Shown: positions 27,351 to 48,102, counted from the first letter of the stretch. The stretch: DNA of 64,000 bases from Octopus vulgaris (GCA_951406725.2 OX597814.1:10602001-10666000), one strand, 5' to 3'. Translations and numbers: made by a program. Notes: generated from the sequence alone by a model not told the origin.

Positions 27351-28092
27351 ACTTACTTTACTTTGATACTTTGATAGGTTTCGGCCATTATTGGCCCAGG
27401 CCATGTCTAACTTAATAGCACCACCTGGTGAAGTCTTTCAAGTCAGAATTTGGGCACTATGGCCCACTCAAGTAGAGAGTTATTGTTTACAGAGACATAT
27501 CCGGGTGTAGGGGGTTTATCCGGGATTTCTTGAAGGAATCTGTCCAAAGACTTCTTGAACCCTATAGGGTCAGTTTCTGTTTTAATGTATTTTGGTGTAA
27601 TGTTAAAGAGAGCGGGGCCAATTGAGGTGAAATAATTGTGCCGTATTGTTGTTATGAGATGAGAGTGCGATTTTTGTTTTGGGCGGATGGCACGGGGCCC
27701 AAGCCTTGGATGTACCTTAAAGGTGATGCCAACATCATTTGGGCAATGCTGATGGAATATTTTCCACATCATGCAGATGATGTAGCGCTCACGACGACGT
27801 TGGAGAGAATAGAGTTTTAGCTTTTCTAGTCGACCCCAATAGTCGAGGCCTGTCATGCCATCTATCTTTTTTGTGATTGCCCTTTGAGGTGCTTCGACTT
27901 TTATGATACCTTGTATTGTGTGGGGAGACCACAGTGGACAACAGTATTCAAGGTGGGGTCGGGCAAAAGTGGAGAAGAGAAGGATAATGGTGTGGATATC
28001 TCTCGACTGGAAAGTTCTGAGAATCCAGGAACACATTCTGCGGGCCATGTCAACTTTGGTGTTTATATGAGTGGCCCAGCTTACGTTGTTGT
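27351..28092 (-). mobile_element. 5'-truncated CR1-group LINE (ORF2 C-terminus, 3' UTR, short repeat tail)
   Basis: Open frame [52 protein letters not shown], typical of the post-RT region of CR1-like elements. Tail tatcaaagtatcaaagtaaagtaagt. Confidence 0.85.
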
Positions 28093-28117
28093 ATATGTAT
28101 GTATATATATATATATG

Positions 28118-28162
<45 letters not shown>

Positions 28163-28187
28163 ATATATATATGTATATATATGTATA

Positions 28188-28297
<110 letters not shown>

Positions 28298-28365
28298 TAC
28301 GTCAAATTTTCCGTTTGTTGTTTTTATTTAATCCTGAAAAATATATACATACGAAAAATATATAC

Positions 28366-28673
28366 ATGGCTCAGTGTTTAAAGCGTCGGGTTTACAATAG
28401 TGAGATTGGGAATTAGATTCCCGGACCGAGCTGAGCGTTGAGTCCTTGAGCATCTCACTTTATTTCACATTACTGCAGTTCACTCAGCTGTAGAAATGAG
28501 TTGCAGCATCTCTCTCTTCGACTTTCTCTTCGACACCATCGTGGCATGGATCAGGGAGCCTCATATGCAGGGGTGACTGCTGGTCTTCAACAAACAACCT
28601 TGCCCGGACTTGTGCCTAAGACGGAAACCTTCTCGGTACAATCCCATGGTTATTCATGACTGAATGGGGGTCT
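28366..28673 (+). mobile_element. SINE family D (degenerate)
   Basis: tRNA-like head TGGCTCAGTG...GATTCCCGG, body GTCCTTGAGCA..CACTCAGCTGTAGAAATGAG, tail shared with 16616-16812. Confidence 0.65.
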
Positions 28674-29034
28674 TCCCCGTTCAGAGAGTTTAGGAAGTTC
28701 CTACGCGTGAATTTGTTTCGAGCAGATATTCCTGCTCAGCTAAACTCATTTTTCAGCGCATTCACTTATAAAACAATTGGAACAACATGGATTCATAAGA
28801 CCAGGGACAATAACACTTCAGTTACTTTATTCGTGTTTACCTTCTCTAGAAATTAGTTCTAAGAGGAACTTGTGGTTTGTATTCGTTGTGGCTAACATAA
28901 TAATTAACCAATAACTGGAACTGTAACATGTACTACCACGCCGGGCAGAGTAGACAATAATGACTAACAGATGGTTCACCATACCACGAAAACCTGGAAC
29001 TCCCGCATCATGTCCCTACTAACGGATGCAGTTC

Positions 29035-33630
<4,596 letters not shown>

Positions 33631-34004
33631 GCATAGAGGCAACTTTTCATAAAGTTGCATAGAGACGTAACACAGCTGATAGCCAATTATAATGATGTAA
33701 AACAATTCTCGTCCATCCTAACTTTTTGGCATTTACATTTATTTCTTTTGCATCTTGCTTTCCACTTCTTTCTTTGCCTTCCGCTTCTTTATTCACAAAT
33801 TCTACGCAATATAAAATTGAAGCTCGATGCTAGGAATAGTTACCGAAAACTTGGTTCTTGGTTTACGCTTCATTAGTATAGTGTTGAAATATATGACTCT
33901 GCTGTTTTTAAACCTGAATATATATCTATCTATCTATCTGTCTGTCTCCCTATCTATTAATTTAACATTGTCTCTCTCTCTCCCTTTCTCCCTCTCTCTT
34001 TCTT

Positions 34005-34005
34005 G

Positions 34006-34076
<71 letters not shown>

Positions 34077-34086
34077 CATCTGTCTG

Positions 34087-34148
<62 letters not shown>

Positions 34149-34205
34149 AATCTGTCTATCTATCTAACTATCTGTCTATCTATCTGTCTATCTGTCTATC
34201 TATCA
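34005..34205. repeat. (CTAT)n microsatellite
   Basis: Read directly from the sequence. Confidence 0.95.
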
Positions 34206-34239
34206 ATTTCTCTCTCTTTCTCTCTCTCTCTCTCTCTAC

Positions 34240-34285
<46 letters not shown>

Positions 34286-34470
34286 CTTTCAGTGTATGTC
34301 TTTCTGTGTGAGTGTGCGCCTGTGTGTGCTTGTATTTCATACATATGCAATGTATATACCAAAACACACAAATCTAATATGTAGATGTATGTATGTACAT
34401 ATGCATGCGTATATTAATAACAATATACATTATATTATATAATGTGTGTGAGTGCATGTATATATATATA

Positions 34471-34791
34471 TAGGCACAGGAATGGCTTGCTTCCTAACCA
34501 CATAGTCACTGCAATTTGGGTAAATGTCTTTTACTATAGCCTCGGGCCGACCAAAGCCTTTTGAATGGATTTTGTTGACGGAAACCGAAAGAAATCTGTC
34601 ATGCACGTGTGTGTGTGTGTGTGTGTGTGTTTGGTCTTTTGTCTGTGTGTGTGCGTGTCTGTCTGCCTGTCTCTGTGCGTTTTCGTGTCTGTATTTGTCT
34701 TCTAACACTGCTTAAAACTGGTATTGGTGTGTTTACATACCCTAAACTGAGCGGTTCGGCAAAAGACCCCGATACAATAAACCAAGCTTAA
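34471..34791 (+). mobile_element. SINE family A copy (deleted and diverged)
   Basis: ctatagcctcgggccgaccaaagcc and gcggttcggcaaaagac blocks. Confidence 0.7.
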
Positions 34792-34989
34792 CGATTCCGC
34801 GTGCACACCGCCTTATTAAATAATAATAAACCCGGCAAGGCTAGTTACTCTTTGTAGCATACGTGTATATATGTAGGTATGTATGCTTGTATGGATGAAT
34901 GTATATATATATGTATGTATGCATGTGTGCATGCATGTATGTATGTATGTGTGTGTGTGTGTGCGTGTGTGCATGTCTGTGTGTTTGTC

Positions 34990-35288
34990 TTCTTCTTAAT
35001 CCTTTTTGCCCCTTGTGAAGCATAGGGCCGGTTGCCCGGTTTCCTTGGCGCATAGGTTTCCCACCTGGACGTGACGCCGGTCCGTCGCAGGTGAGCTGCT
35101 AGATACAGGAGGAAAGAGTGAAAGTTGTGGCGAAAGAGTCAGCAGAAGTTCGCCATTACCTTCCGCCAGAGCCGCATGGAGCTTAGGAGTTTCGCTCATA
35201 AACACACACATACCGCCCGGTCTGAGATTCGAACCCGCGATCTCCCAACCGCGAATCCGCTGCTCTAACCACTAGGCCATGTGCCTCC
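34990..35288 (-). mobile_element. SINE family B, V-domain-like tail
   Basis: Homologous to 1399-1691; head GGAGGCACATGGCCTAGTGG on the minus strand. Confidence 0.85.
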
Positions 35289-35325
<37 letters not shown>

Positions 35326-35329
35326 ATAC

Positions 35330-35393
<64 letters not shown>

Positions 35394-35411
35394 CATATAT
35401 ATATACATAAA

Positions 35412-35755
<344 letters not shown>

Positions 35756-38042
35756 CATGTATGTAAGTTTGTGTATGAATTACCTTTATATGAGTGAATT
35801 GATATAAACATCCGTGCGACCCTGTTTCTTGTAATACAAGGTAAACAGAATTACAATTAGAAACTCACAGGTAAACGATTACGATATTGAACATTAAATC
35901 GGTATCATCAATTTGAACCAAATCACTCACGAAATAAATGAATGCACCAGTAAATATTTGGATTTGCGCTTCTAATTGCTGTTTATGCACATACATATAT
36001 CTACGCTAAAAAGTATGTACTAAATATCGAACACATTCACGTTTACAACTTTGAAGATGAAACTATGTAACTATTCTTATATCGGGAGGAGATCTTCGTT
36101 ACCAGAAATTGTACACACACACACACACATACACACTCTCACACACACGCACACACACACGCACACACACACACACACTCACACACACACACACACACAC
36201 ACTTAATGATGAACTATTAACGATCAGTTATGTGAGAGAGAAAATATTCCATGTATGCCTTTTAAACAGTAGTTTTTCTCTAAAAATATTTTCGACCTTC
36301 GAAGGATATTTAATGAAGTTTAACTTATTTGCTTCTCGTCGTACTGTACTGACGATCTTGAAAAAAGGATGAAATAGTGCCATAAATGTCCACATACGAA
36401 TATTAAGTGCGTATATTATGTACAACTCCCTTACTCTCTGATTTAAAATTAAAATTTTCAATTCCGCCTCAGTTCAATCTAGAAGGAATTGTCTCCACTC
36501 CAGTAGCTGACCCCCAGGGAACACCACCTGCGCCTGTCTAGTCTATTTACACACACACACACAGAGACACACACGCACATACACATGATAAGTAATTTTT
36601 TTATATAAACAATGCAATGCATATGGCCAGTGTTAATAGACGCCGAAAAGCGTTTCTCCTGTATATTATCAATACCATTTCCCAAAGTGATTGATATTTT
36701 TGAACAATTCATATATCAAAATTCCTCATTCCATGTTGTTATTGTTATTTATCCCTATGCCAACATTAATCGACCAAACATATAAAGAAACCATTTCAAA
36801 CGTGACTGCTACTCCTTTTCCCACTATATCTTACATCCTATAACCCAATACGTCATTTACTTAAGACAGTATACGGCAGTTTGAGATAAATTTGACTGCT
36901 ATTTCTATAAAGTACGCAACTATGCTCATTTGTAATATTAACAATCTAGTAAATGGGCGATATTCAATTTCAAAAGGATTGAATGTTTTGCTTGAGGATA
37001 TCATCGTAGCTTTAATAAAACAACTCTTATCTTTTTTTGGCTTTTATTTTGTACAACATCCAGTGTATTTCTCTTCGAATTTGTTTTGATATAATTTGGA
37101 GACATTCCATAATAACATTATGCTTTTTGTTTTCAGTGAAGGGCTGAATGTATGTAGCGCTCTCTCTTAAGTTTTCATGTGGGTGTGGATCTAAAAAAAA
37201 TTAAGAAAACAGTCAAATTTTATACTGGATAAATTCGCTATCCGTGGAGTACAAGATGTTAATACGTTGAAAACATTCAGAAAAGAAAAACAAAAAAAAA
37301 TATCCGTTTATACTACAATTTGTTGATGGTATCGTTGTAGCAGTTGCTGTTGTTATCTGTCGTCACTTGTGCTGCTTAGCTAAAGGTCATCCCTAATCAA
37401 GTAGACTTATGATAAGATGCATTATAAATTGGCAATCCCATTTGCATTCACAGGAATGGCGTACAGCTGATTATAATTATTGTGTCCGCTTTTAAGACGA
37501 AAGAACATAGTTTGAGGGAAATGTAACTGTTATTTTTAGTATGTAGGATGACCACGATAGTTTGTTTGATTGCATGTAAACGGTTGTGGTTGCTTTGACA
37601 TGTCATCATGTGTATACGGAGTTGTATACACATTTTCTTTCCATAGAAATCCGGTTCTTTTTTTGATAATGGAATTGCCATCTCATCAAGTCAAGGAAAG
37701 AACCTGTATGTGGTCGGTCCACCAGTTAGAAATAGATGCGAATTAGTTATTAAAAAAATCACCCCTATTATCTTAGGAATAGAAGGGAAACTGCAACTTG
37801 TAATCCTATATATATAATACTTACAAATTTTGGCATAAACCAGGAATTTTTGAAGAGAGAGAGCTAGGACATTACATCGACTCCAAAATTTAACTGGCAC
37901 TTATTTTGTCGCTCCCGAAAGGATGAAAGACAATGTCAGTTTCGGTGTAGAATCAGAAAGTGATGAATCTAAGGAAGTGCCGCAAAGCAATTTTTCCGTC
38001 ATTCTAACAATTCTACCAGCTTTCTGCCTTAAACCAAATAGA

Positions 38043-38416
38043 AACAAGAGCACCCAGAGAGCGGAAACCTCCTCCAAGGCAACATCAACGTCCTCTCAAC
38101 GATTAGCCAGAGATGATTTTTAAAATGAGAATATCTGAAATAAACTCGACAGCTCTCACAAACAAAAATACTAAAAATGAACCCGCTGACTCTCAAAACT
38201 TAAGTAAAAAACAGGGAAAAATAATCCAGAACCCTTGTCCAGTACCGGATCGATCTCCAAATCTAATCAGTTCGTGCCAGTCACGAGGTCAAACGTTCCT
38301 GAATGTTACATTCGAATCCATCCAGTGGTTCTTGAGATATTTTGCCCACGGCCAAACAAAGAAACAAATAAACACGACTGAAAACAATACCTCTGCCTTA
38401 GCGAAGGCGAAGGTAA
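38043..38416 (+). mobile_element. Putative non-autonomous Helentron/HINE-like element
   Basis: Subterminal motif acctcctccaagg, a (AAAC)n-like tract, and a terminal hairpin tacctctgccttagcgaaggcgaaggta. Confidence 0.45.
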
Positions 38417-41244
38417 CAAAAAGTGAAAGCAAATAAGAATCGTTGTGAATAGAATTCTTTAATTTCAGCTCCATTGGATTACAAGGATTACAAGGGTCTA
38501 AACAACAACGACATTAGCATAATTATGCATAGGAGACGCATAATTTCCATTTTCTAAACATAAATGGTATATCATTTATGAAGTAATATTTATTCGCCAC
38601 TAGTTAGTAGTTTTTGCGTTATTTCCTTTACTTTAATCATTAAGAAGTGTCCTGTTTGTGCTTTGCCAAGACCCTAACACGAGTACATATGATATTACAC
38701 TTGCAGTTTTCTAGGTATTCAGTTTCTTAAGTGACTTTCAATTTACCTATGAAACAATTAGAGAGCATAGTGATACTTCTGATATATTAACCATTGCTGT
38801 CCCACGCGCGCAAGCGGTGGATCTCGTTTCATCTCTGTCCTAAATAAGTTGCTGTTGTTGTTTATCAACACCCATTTGATTCTGATTGAGCAAATTATTG
38901 ATCAAAGACAATTCAGATGTGACCATTCCATCTAAAATAAACTTTTGTATATAGAACCAAACTGCAATATCTAATGTTATTTTCTCTCTTTTTCATGACG
39001 ATGGAACGTTATTTCAGAGAAAATTTGCTGTTATTTCTAGGTAGTCGAGTGGTCATGTGGAGGCTCTTTCGTATGATCAATATATTATACTATTGATAAT
39101 GTAGAACATATACCTACGATGCTCCCTTCTACAAGCAAGGAAACAAATATACAATAAAAATAATAACATAGAAAATATGTGGACAAAGGTGTCAGGCTTT
39201 GAGGTCGGAAGAGCAACGATCTTCTGAAGGAGTATAATACTTTTTAATGAATGTCATCGTTAGAGCAAGTAGTCTAACTGAAAAATCATACCATTGATAG
39301 CATCTTTCTTGGCACTGTGAAAATGGTGGGACTTGTAATACCACAGATACTGGCTTGTCTTTACGACGTTCCCTTCTGACCATTTCAGGACTGAAAGCTC
39401 CTTCATCATAGAGAATTTATGCTTCAAACAAACTTAGACTGTTCTATGATCTTCCAGAGAACGAGGAGCATAATATCTGTGCCCCATAAATGTGTCATAA
39501 ATGTGTTATAAAAGATTCAAAGAAAGAACTTCAGAAAGGAATTGAAGAAGAACATATTTGAAGAACAGAATCAAAGTGGGAAGAGAATAGCTTATGAAAG
39601 GTAGGGCGAAGAATATGCAGAAACAAGAAAAGATGGAAGAAACACGGAATTAGAATAGTGGAAGAGTCGTTAAAGGAAGGGCAAAACGGTTTGCAGCATT
39701 TTCCGGCACTCTTTATTTTGAGTTCAAATCCTACCTAGTGCACTTTGCTTTGCTCCCTTCCTTGTCAATAAAATAATATATTGATTAGGACAGTGGATTA
39801 CCGGATTTGTAAAAGTGTCGGATGAAATATTTTGTAGTATTTGTTCAATCTATTTGCGTTTGTTCTTCTATGATGGTAGACTTTACTCGTCTTCTAGTTA
39901 CCATGGCCACCTATCCTTCGGACGTCTTTCTCAGAGTTCGCTCCTACGCAAGAAATCCCGTCACATCTCCGATTTAAAGGTAGCGTTTACCCTTTTTCCA
40001 CCAGTCTCAGAAACTTCGATAAAAAAAGGAAACTTAAAAAATTGCTATGAGCACTCTTCCCGCTTTGACTAAGAAATAGTTAATGAGAATTAGAGAAAAA
40101 ATATATACATAGACTCATTGAATATATTACACATACACATATATTGTATTTGGATATGTGTGTCAAGAAATTAAAAACTCCAAGGACTTCTCTTATTTCG
40201 AATTTTATATACCAATTGGATTCTAATTACCATATTGTGGGACTTTGAAAATTATTTATTCTGATTAACCTCAATAAAGTCTTTTTTTTTTTAATGTAGT
40301 CTTTCTTTTCCCTCTTTCTTCCTTTCTTTCTTTACTTTTTCCTAAGGTCGTCCGTTCTTCTTTTTCTATTTTTCTTTTTTTTTGTTTAATATTGTCTTTC
40401 TTTGACTTATTCTCATTCTATTGAATTTTTTGCTTCACTTTTTAACTATTTTAATTTACCCTTTCTTTTCATTTATTTTTCGTTCTTCTCCTTTATAGTT
40501 GTAATTATTTTCTTTCTTTCATCATTTTGTTCTTCAAGTTTCTTTTTTTTTATTCTCATATCTATTCATTTTCTTTCATTTCATTCTTTCTTTCATTTTT
40601 ATTCTCTTTCTATATTTCATTTTTAGACTAATTTTTCTTCGTTTCCTTCTACTTGAATGCTTCACTCGGTTCATTTTGCTGCCTTTCTTTCTTTCCTTCA
40701 TTCATTTTTTTCCCCTTATGTCTTTCTTTTTCTTTCCGTCTCACTTGTTTCATGCATTTTAATTCTTTCTTTCCTTCCCAGTTTTGTTTTCTTTTTCTTT
40801 TCTGATTTTCCAGGGAGTACAAAATGGAGAAAATTTCTCTTGCCCACTACCACTACCACGACTGGTATACGTATTCTTCATTTATCTCTCTCTCTCTCTC
40901 TCTAACAGTCTCTTTCTCTTTCTATCTTCCTCCCCACTCTTTCACTCCCAATCTCATTCTCTTCATACTCACCCACGCTACTCCCCCATCTCTGTCTCCA
41001 GTTCTCTAAACTAATGCCTCCACTAACGCCACACTGTTAAAGCATCACATCGTTCACTCGCCACCTTCATGAAGTACTTCCCAAGAGTTCTCAGTCCTTC
41101 GAGAGTTGTTAAAAATACTTTATCATTGACTTTTCCGGTTGTTACTTTTAAAGATTTCATTATTTTTTGTTGGTGTTGTTTTTGTGGTTGTTGATATCAT
41201 TGTTGTTTAAGGGAGAGATAGAGTTGAGGTGGCTTGATGTTTTA

Positions 41245-41530
<286 letters not shown>

Positions 41531-41648
41531 CTTGTTAGGAAAGGAGTTCGCTTTGATTCGATTTTAAGTGGACGGTATTTCGGTTCAATCTCACGCGAAA
41601 AGTATTTCGCATAAACATACACACACACGCACACACACTCACGGTTAA

Positions 41649-41687
<39 letters not shown>

Positions 41688-41708
41688 GATAGATAGATAG
41701 ATAGATAT

Positions 41709-41794
<86 letters not shown>

Positions 41795-42434
41795 TTACCA
41801 CGAGAGGGAGAGAGAGAGAGTGTGACAGACATAGAGGCAGTCAGAGACAGAAAGCACATATAAAATTGCATCTGACTTTATATATATATACAAATATATA
41901 TGTTTGTATATGTATATATATACATATATATAAATATATACACACATGCACATATCTATATATATATATATATGTATACACACACGCAAGCACATATACA
42001 CATACTATATACGTACATAAGTACATAATTATGTACGTTTATACATCATACATACATGCATGCATACATACATGCAAGCAAACATACATACATACATATA
42101 TGCATGCATGTATGCATACATACCTACCTACCTACCTACATGCATACATACATACATACATACATGCATACATACATACATACATACATACGTACGTACG
42201 TATGTTCGGTGAGAATAGGGATCACATGATTTTCAATATATTGTACGTTTTGGTATTGCTCACAGCCAGTGATTTAGCATTCAGGAGTACTATTTGGTGC
42301 TTGACATTCTTATTTTCATTTCAATTAATTATATTCAGTTGCCGAAGTAAACACACATATATACTGTTAGATGGGGATGTTTATGTCTGTATGTATATAC
42401 TATACTCTTGTGTCTGTATGAATGAATGGCTTCA

Positions 42435-42466
<32 letters not shown>

Positions 42467-42772
42467 TTTTATATACATATATATATGCATATATATGCAT
42501 ATATAATGTATACATAGATATATGCACATATATATATGTAAATTACACGCACACATAAATATATATATATATATATGTATGAAATTAGTATATATACGTA
42601 TACATTTATATATTCATATATATTTGTATTTTATATAGATGATTGCCATCATATACTTAAGTTTAAAGACCACTATACATATCAGTGTGTGTGTATATAA
42701 ATACATACATATACGTACATTTATTTATATATATGTATATCTGTATATATATATGTATATTTATATGTGTAT

Positions 42773-42851
<79 letters not shown>

Positions 42852-43548
42852 TCGTTTCTCTTTCTACATTTTTGTAAAATTCAGTAACCTATTTAGGGAT
42901 TTAAATAAAAGTAAATTGAAAAGAAAAAAATAGCCCCTGATATTTTTCAATTATTTAAACGACTTCACTTAATCTCTCTCCCTGCCTCCCCACTCTCTTT
43001 CTCTCCCTTTCCACGTCTCTATCTCCCCTCTTCCATTCTCGCTCACACTTTCCGACTTAATTTCTACTCCCATGTTATTTTTTCATTTACTACAATCATT
43101 AACTTTGCCGATGTTTGTTTTTATCTTAATGTATATTTCCCGAGGGATTTTTTAAAATTATTTTTCCTTTGTATTCCTTCCTATCTGCCTTGTATTTACC
43201 TTGCATGAGTTCAAGTTTTGACTTTGCCTCTCTGTCGCTCTTCATCCTTCTGAAGATGATAAAGAAGCAATACTGCAAGGTAGGTGTAATCCACAACTTC
43301 CATTTTCTAAATTTCTATCCACATTTGTCTCCTTCTTCTGACTTCTGGCATTCCCTCTCTATCCCCCCTCTCTCTTTCACTTTCCTTCTGTATCATATTC
43401 TCCCTTTCTTTCGCTCATTACCTCTCTCACTCTTACTGTTTCACCAACTATGTTCACTTCTTTCAGGCCCCAACTTCCAACTCTTTCAGCGACGCAAAGC
43501 ATATGGCTTTCCTCCAGACCAAATAATCAACATGCGCGTGTGTGTGTG

Positions 43549-43587
<39 letters not shown>

Positions 43588-43821
43588 GCACACATACATG
43601 TATTTCGCATGGACTATGCCACGAACGCATACCTATGTCATCATGCACATACTATTTATGAATATGGTTATTATGTAAGTTATCTTGAAACAGCTGTCGA
43701 GACACGACTTTTAAATATTTTTATATTATAATCTGTATTCTGTGCATCATGTAATATACGTCTCAAGCATAATTGTGTTCATCTATCTTACTGCCTTTAT
43801 ACATGCATATACATTCGTACT

Positions 43822-43913
<92 letters not shown>

Positions 43914-44504
43914 CACACGCACACTCCTTAATTAGAACTTCCACATTTAGGATGTGAGTGGGAAAAGATTTAGCTGTTATTTTGGGCACATATTGGTTAA
44001 TATTCTATAATTTGTTACTTTATGTGTTACATGACACGCACGCTCTACATTTTGATAGAATGAATACACGATATGGCGGCAATTAATGTCTCGTGTTTTG
44101 AAAAGTCTTCAGCAAATGTAAGCTAATTTCAATGACTTCAAGGAAGATGGTGAGAAAGAGAAATTGAAACAGATGAGAGAAACCGTTTTGTATCTTTGTT
44201 AATAAAGTCACGTTTTGGCGCCGGCATTTTACTAATCTGCTATCTCCCGGTTCGTTTTCGTTTATCTGATGTCTTTCCCATAAAACTACGTATTCTTCAA
44301 TTACTTATTCCTCAAGTTGTTACGAGTATTGTAAGAACACAAACAAACACATTAATATATACTGACTTCTTCTATACATTCAAATACATTCAGTCGTACA
44401 TATTAAATGCGTACACTCAAACGCACACCACAAAAGCACATAGTTCACCTTTCAAGTTGCATAAGAAACTCGAGGCTCAAGAGTTTCATTTATTGCGCTC
44501 TTCT

Positions 44505-44570
<66 letters not shown>

Positions 44571-44749
44571 TGTGTGTGTTTCACACAGGATATTGGAATG
44601 AAGAACATTAATTATATGATCGAAATGATACTTTTAAATATCTAATTCAATGAACATTTAAAATCTAACTAGATATTTCTAAATATATATATATCGGGAA
44701 ATATAAAAATCACGAATATTGTTCAATGATAATAATTGTTTTGATTAGA

Positions 44750-45700
44750 AGGTGGTGTCAAAAAGTTATGTTTAATAAAAAAAATAACTTATTTACCTAA
44801 GTCTTATTATAATCTCCTTCGAAATGGTCATCTTGCACAGCAATAGACCGGTCACAACATACCTGTTTCTTTATTACCCACCAGGGGCTAAACATAAAGG
44901 GACAAACAAGGACAGACAAACGGGTTAAGTCGATTACATCCACCCCAGTGCGTAACTGGTACTTAATTTATCGACCCCGGAAGGATGGAAGGCAAAGTCG
45001 ACCTCGGCGGAATTTGAACTCAGAACGTAGCGGCAGACGAAATACGGCTACGCATTTCACCCGGCGTGCTAACGTTTCTGCCAGCTCGCCGCCTCGGTCA
45101 CAACATTCCTGCCACCTTTAGAATCCGGCCTGGAAGTTGTTTTCCGTAAGCAAGTCGAGGACCTTCTGCGATTCGCGCTGAACCTCGACAACGGTGTCAA
45201 CACTGCAACCTTTGAGCTGTATTTTCCTCTTGGGAAAGAGATGGAGCCCGCAGGTGATAAATATGATGAATGGGGTTGGTGCAGAAGCGATACCTGTTTT
45301 GGACGAGAAACTTACGAGTTAGGAAAGCCCTGTGACAGGGTGCATCCGGTCGCGTCCACCGAATGTTCTCTCTCAAACGCTTCAAAACGTCACAGTTGAA
45401 CTATCAATTGACGGTCTGACCCTGGGAAACGAATTCTCGATGTACAATACTGCATTCTCGGGGGTGACGTACGTGTGAGGTCTTTCATATCGCTCATCGC
45501 CTTCCAGAAACATTCTTCTGCTTTTGAGGCGCCCGTACCACTCGAAGCATTGCGTGCGACCCATTGTCTCATTGCTGTAAACATACCGAAGCATATTCAA
45601 TGTCTCTGTAACAGACTTCTTGAGTTTAACCCAAAATTTCACGTTAGCTCTTTACTCTTGTCCATGACAAAATCGCAGGCTACAGCATACATGTGATCAC
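44750..45700 (-). mobile_element. Internally deleted mariner transposase relic
   Basis: HTH region KFWVKLKKSVTETLNMLRYVYSNETMGRTQCFEWYGRLKS..LEGDER joined to EFVSQGQTVN..VLKRLRENIR..APCHRA and a C-terminal ESQKVLDLLTENNFQAGF..IAVQDDHFEGD. Frameshifted. Boundaries approximate. Confidence 0.85.
44866..45094 (-). mobile_element. SINE family E inserted in the mariner relic
   Basis: 17-bp TSD cggtcacaacat(a/t)cctg (44849-44865 / 45095-45111). Confidence 0.9.
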
Positions 45701-46571
45701 AAAAGCACAAATTTCACAATTTGCTAAGTGAACACAGCGATGTCACTCGGCACACTGCTTCATGAAGGTCACTGCTAACTCGCGCTGCGCACGTAACCGT
45801 GTTACTATTTGCTGGCACACTACATCACAAGTTCACAAGTAGGACAGACAATTGGAAAAGAAAATTTTGTTAGTCGTTCGATCTTGTTCTGATCTCATAA
45901 ACGACGGATTGACTTCCGCGTACTTGCCTGAAATAGGGATGAGAGAATCATCAAGTACGATGTACATGAATGTAGACATTTGGAGATATTTTGTAGAATA
46001 AGTAACTGTCTACGTGAAGCAAAATATTTAATTTAGTTTAACAAAGACGTCAATCGCAAACCTGCTCAAGCATGTGCTTCGTTAGTTGTCTTAGCTGCAT
46101 TCTTTCGCCCATCCCACTAACAGTCGAATACCTAAACCACGCGCCTTGACATATAATATAGTATTTAGAAAAATAACAAGGAATAATGGTTTATGGTTCA
46201 AGTACAATTCACCAATACTGGAGAGAGTTAGTTTGAGTCGTTATCACCAAATCCAGTAAATGTCTGGCATTTTATTTTATCGACTTCGAAAGGATGAAAC
46301 GTAAATTCGACCTCGGCCAAATTGAGACTCAGAATGGAATGAGCTTGTCCAAGCGCCACTAACTTAAATGCGATTTCAAATCTGAACACAGCGAAGAACC
46401 GCTCAGACACCCCAAACAAAAATTAAGATTTAGAAAGTCAACTGGTCAACTACAATTAGCTTGTATTTTATTATAGTTTTACCAAATAGACAAAAGTAAC
46501 GTTGATTGCATTCATCGATTTAACGACAGCGAATTTGCTACCTGCTAGGTCAAGTAGATATTCCTGCGTTA

Positions 46572-46614
<43 letters not shown>

Positions 46615-46712
46615 TGCGTTTTTCTGTGTACACACTTTGGTTTGTGCAGATGTGTATCTATATACATACATTTATACGTACATATATATAAATATATGTA
46701 CATATGACTATT

Positions 46713-46755
<43 letters not shown>

Positions 46756-46965
46756 ATGTGTGTGTGTGTGTGTATGTGTGCGTGTATGTAAGTATATATA
46801 TCATCATAGCTGCACCTTCGTTACACGAGAAAAGCCATTGCCAAAAGAAGTATTACTGAAATGATTCATTATTGATGCCATGTGATGCCCTTTTATGACT
46901 TTTAAGCCCAGCCAAATTTTTACACATCATAAATATATATAGTATACATATATGTTATATATACG

Positions 46966-47024
<59 letters not shown>

Positions 47025-47270
47025 TAAAATGTAATGTGTATGTAATTAAGAGGAATAAAATGAATTAATCGCCTATCGCATATTTCTGCATGTCATATGG
47101 GCGGAATGAAAAATATCTTTTTACTCTCCATTTCAACTGAACACATGAGATTCTTAGTACGGTTCTAGTCTCTGTATAACTTCTGTCTTTCTCACGCTCT
47201 CTCTCTTTCTTTTTATCACGCTCTCTCTCTTTCTTTTTCTCACGCTCTCTCTTTCTCTTTCTTTCCCCCT

Positions 47271-47309
<39 letters not shown>

Positions 47310-47710
47310 ATGTGTGTTTGCGTGTATTTGTGCAATTGTGCAATTGTGCATGTGTATGAGTCTGTGTGTGTGTGTGTGTATGTGTTATATATGTCAAGTT
47401 ACCCGTGAGTACTACTGGTAACGTGTAATGCAGTATAACCTGTCACATTGTCGGGTTGTCGATTGTTAAGTCCACACCTCCTCATGAGGTTAGTTTCTCG
47501 AAACATACCAAGAGAAATACAAAACCTATCAGTGAGTATTATGAACCCAGCTTACGTTCGATACACATATACAAACAGTGTAGACTCATAAATATGTAGA
47601 AAGTCATGATGGTGAGCAGCTGCGTTGAAAGGTCATTAGATGATTGAGATATTCTGAATGACAGTAGGAAGTGTACTTTGACAATATGTGTGTATACATC
47701 GATTCATATC

Positions 47711-47980
47711 TAGGAGGGTGTGTGTGTGCTGAAAAGTACCTGACTTTAAGTGCGTCGCGAAAGGACTGGTTGGATGCCCACACTTCCGAAACCTTTTACA
47801 GGGCTTAGAAAAACTGAAGGACCGCTGGCAATAAGTGTGTGAATCTGAGAGGGGAATACGTTGAATAAAATCGTAATTAACTGATCGTAATCAACTTATC
47901 GTAATTAACTGATCGTAATTAACTGATCCTCCTGTATTTTTCTTTATCCAAACCCAGGAACTTTCCAGCACACCCTCATA
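47711..47980 (+). mobile_element. Mariner-derived MITE
   Basis: TA-flanked TIRs gagggtgtg..ctgaaaagtacctg / caggaactttccagcacaccctc. Residual GLEKLKDRW..KCVNLRGEYVE*. Internal 14-bp tandem atcgtaattaactg x4. Confidence 0.7.
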
Positions 47981-48058
47981 TGTCTAATTTCCTTCTCTTC
48001 CTCCCTCTGTCTGTCTGTTTGTCTGTCTCTCTCTTTCTCTCTCTCTCTCTCCCTCTTC

Positions 48059-48102
<44 letters not shown>

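Noticed and set aside
39190-39490. Possible decayed LINE 3' fragment (LWKIIE) on the minus strand; similar weak hints at 8480-8720 and 23330-23490
   Set aside because: Only a few residues resemble LINE motifs amid many stops.
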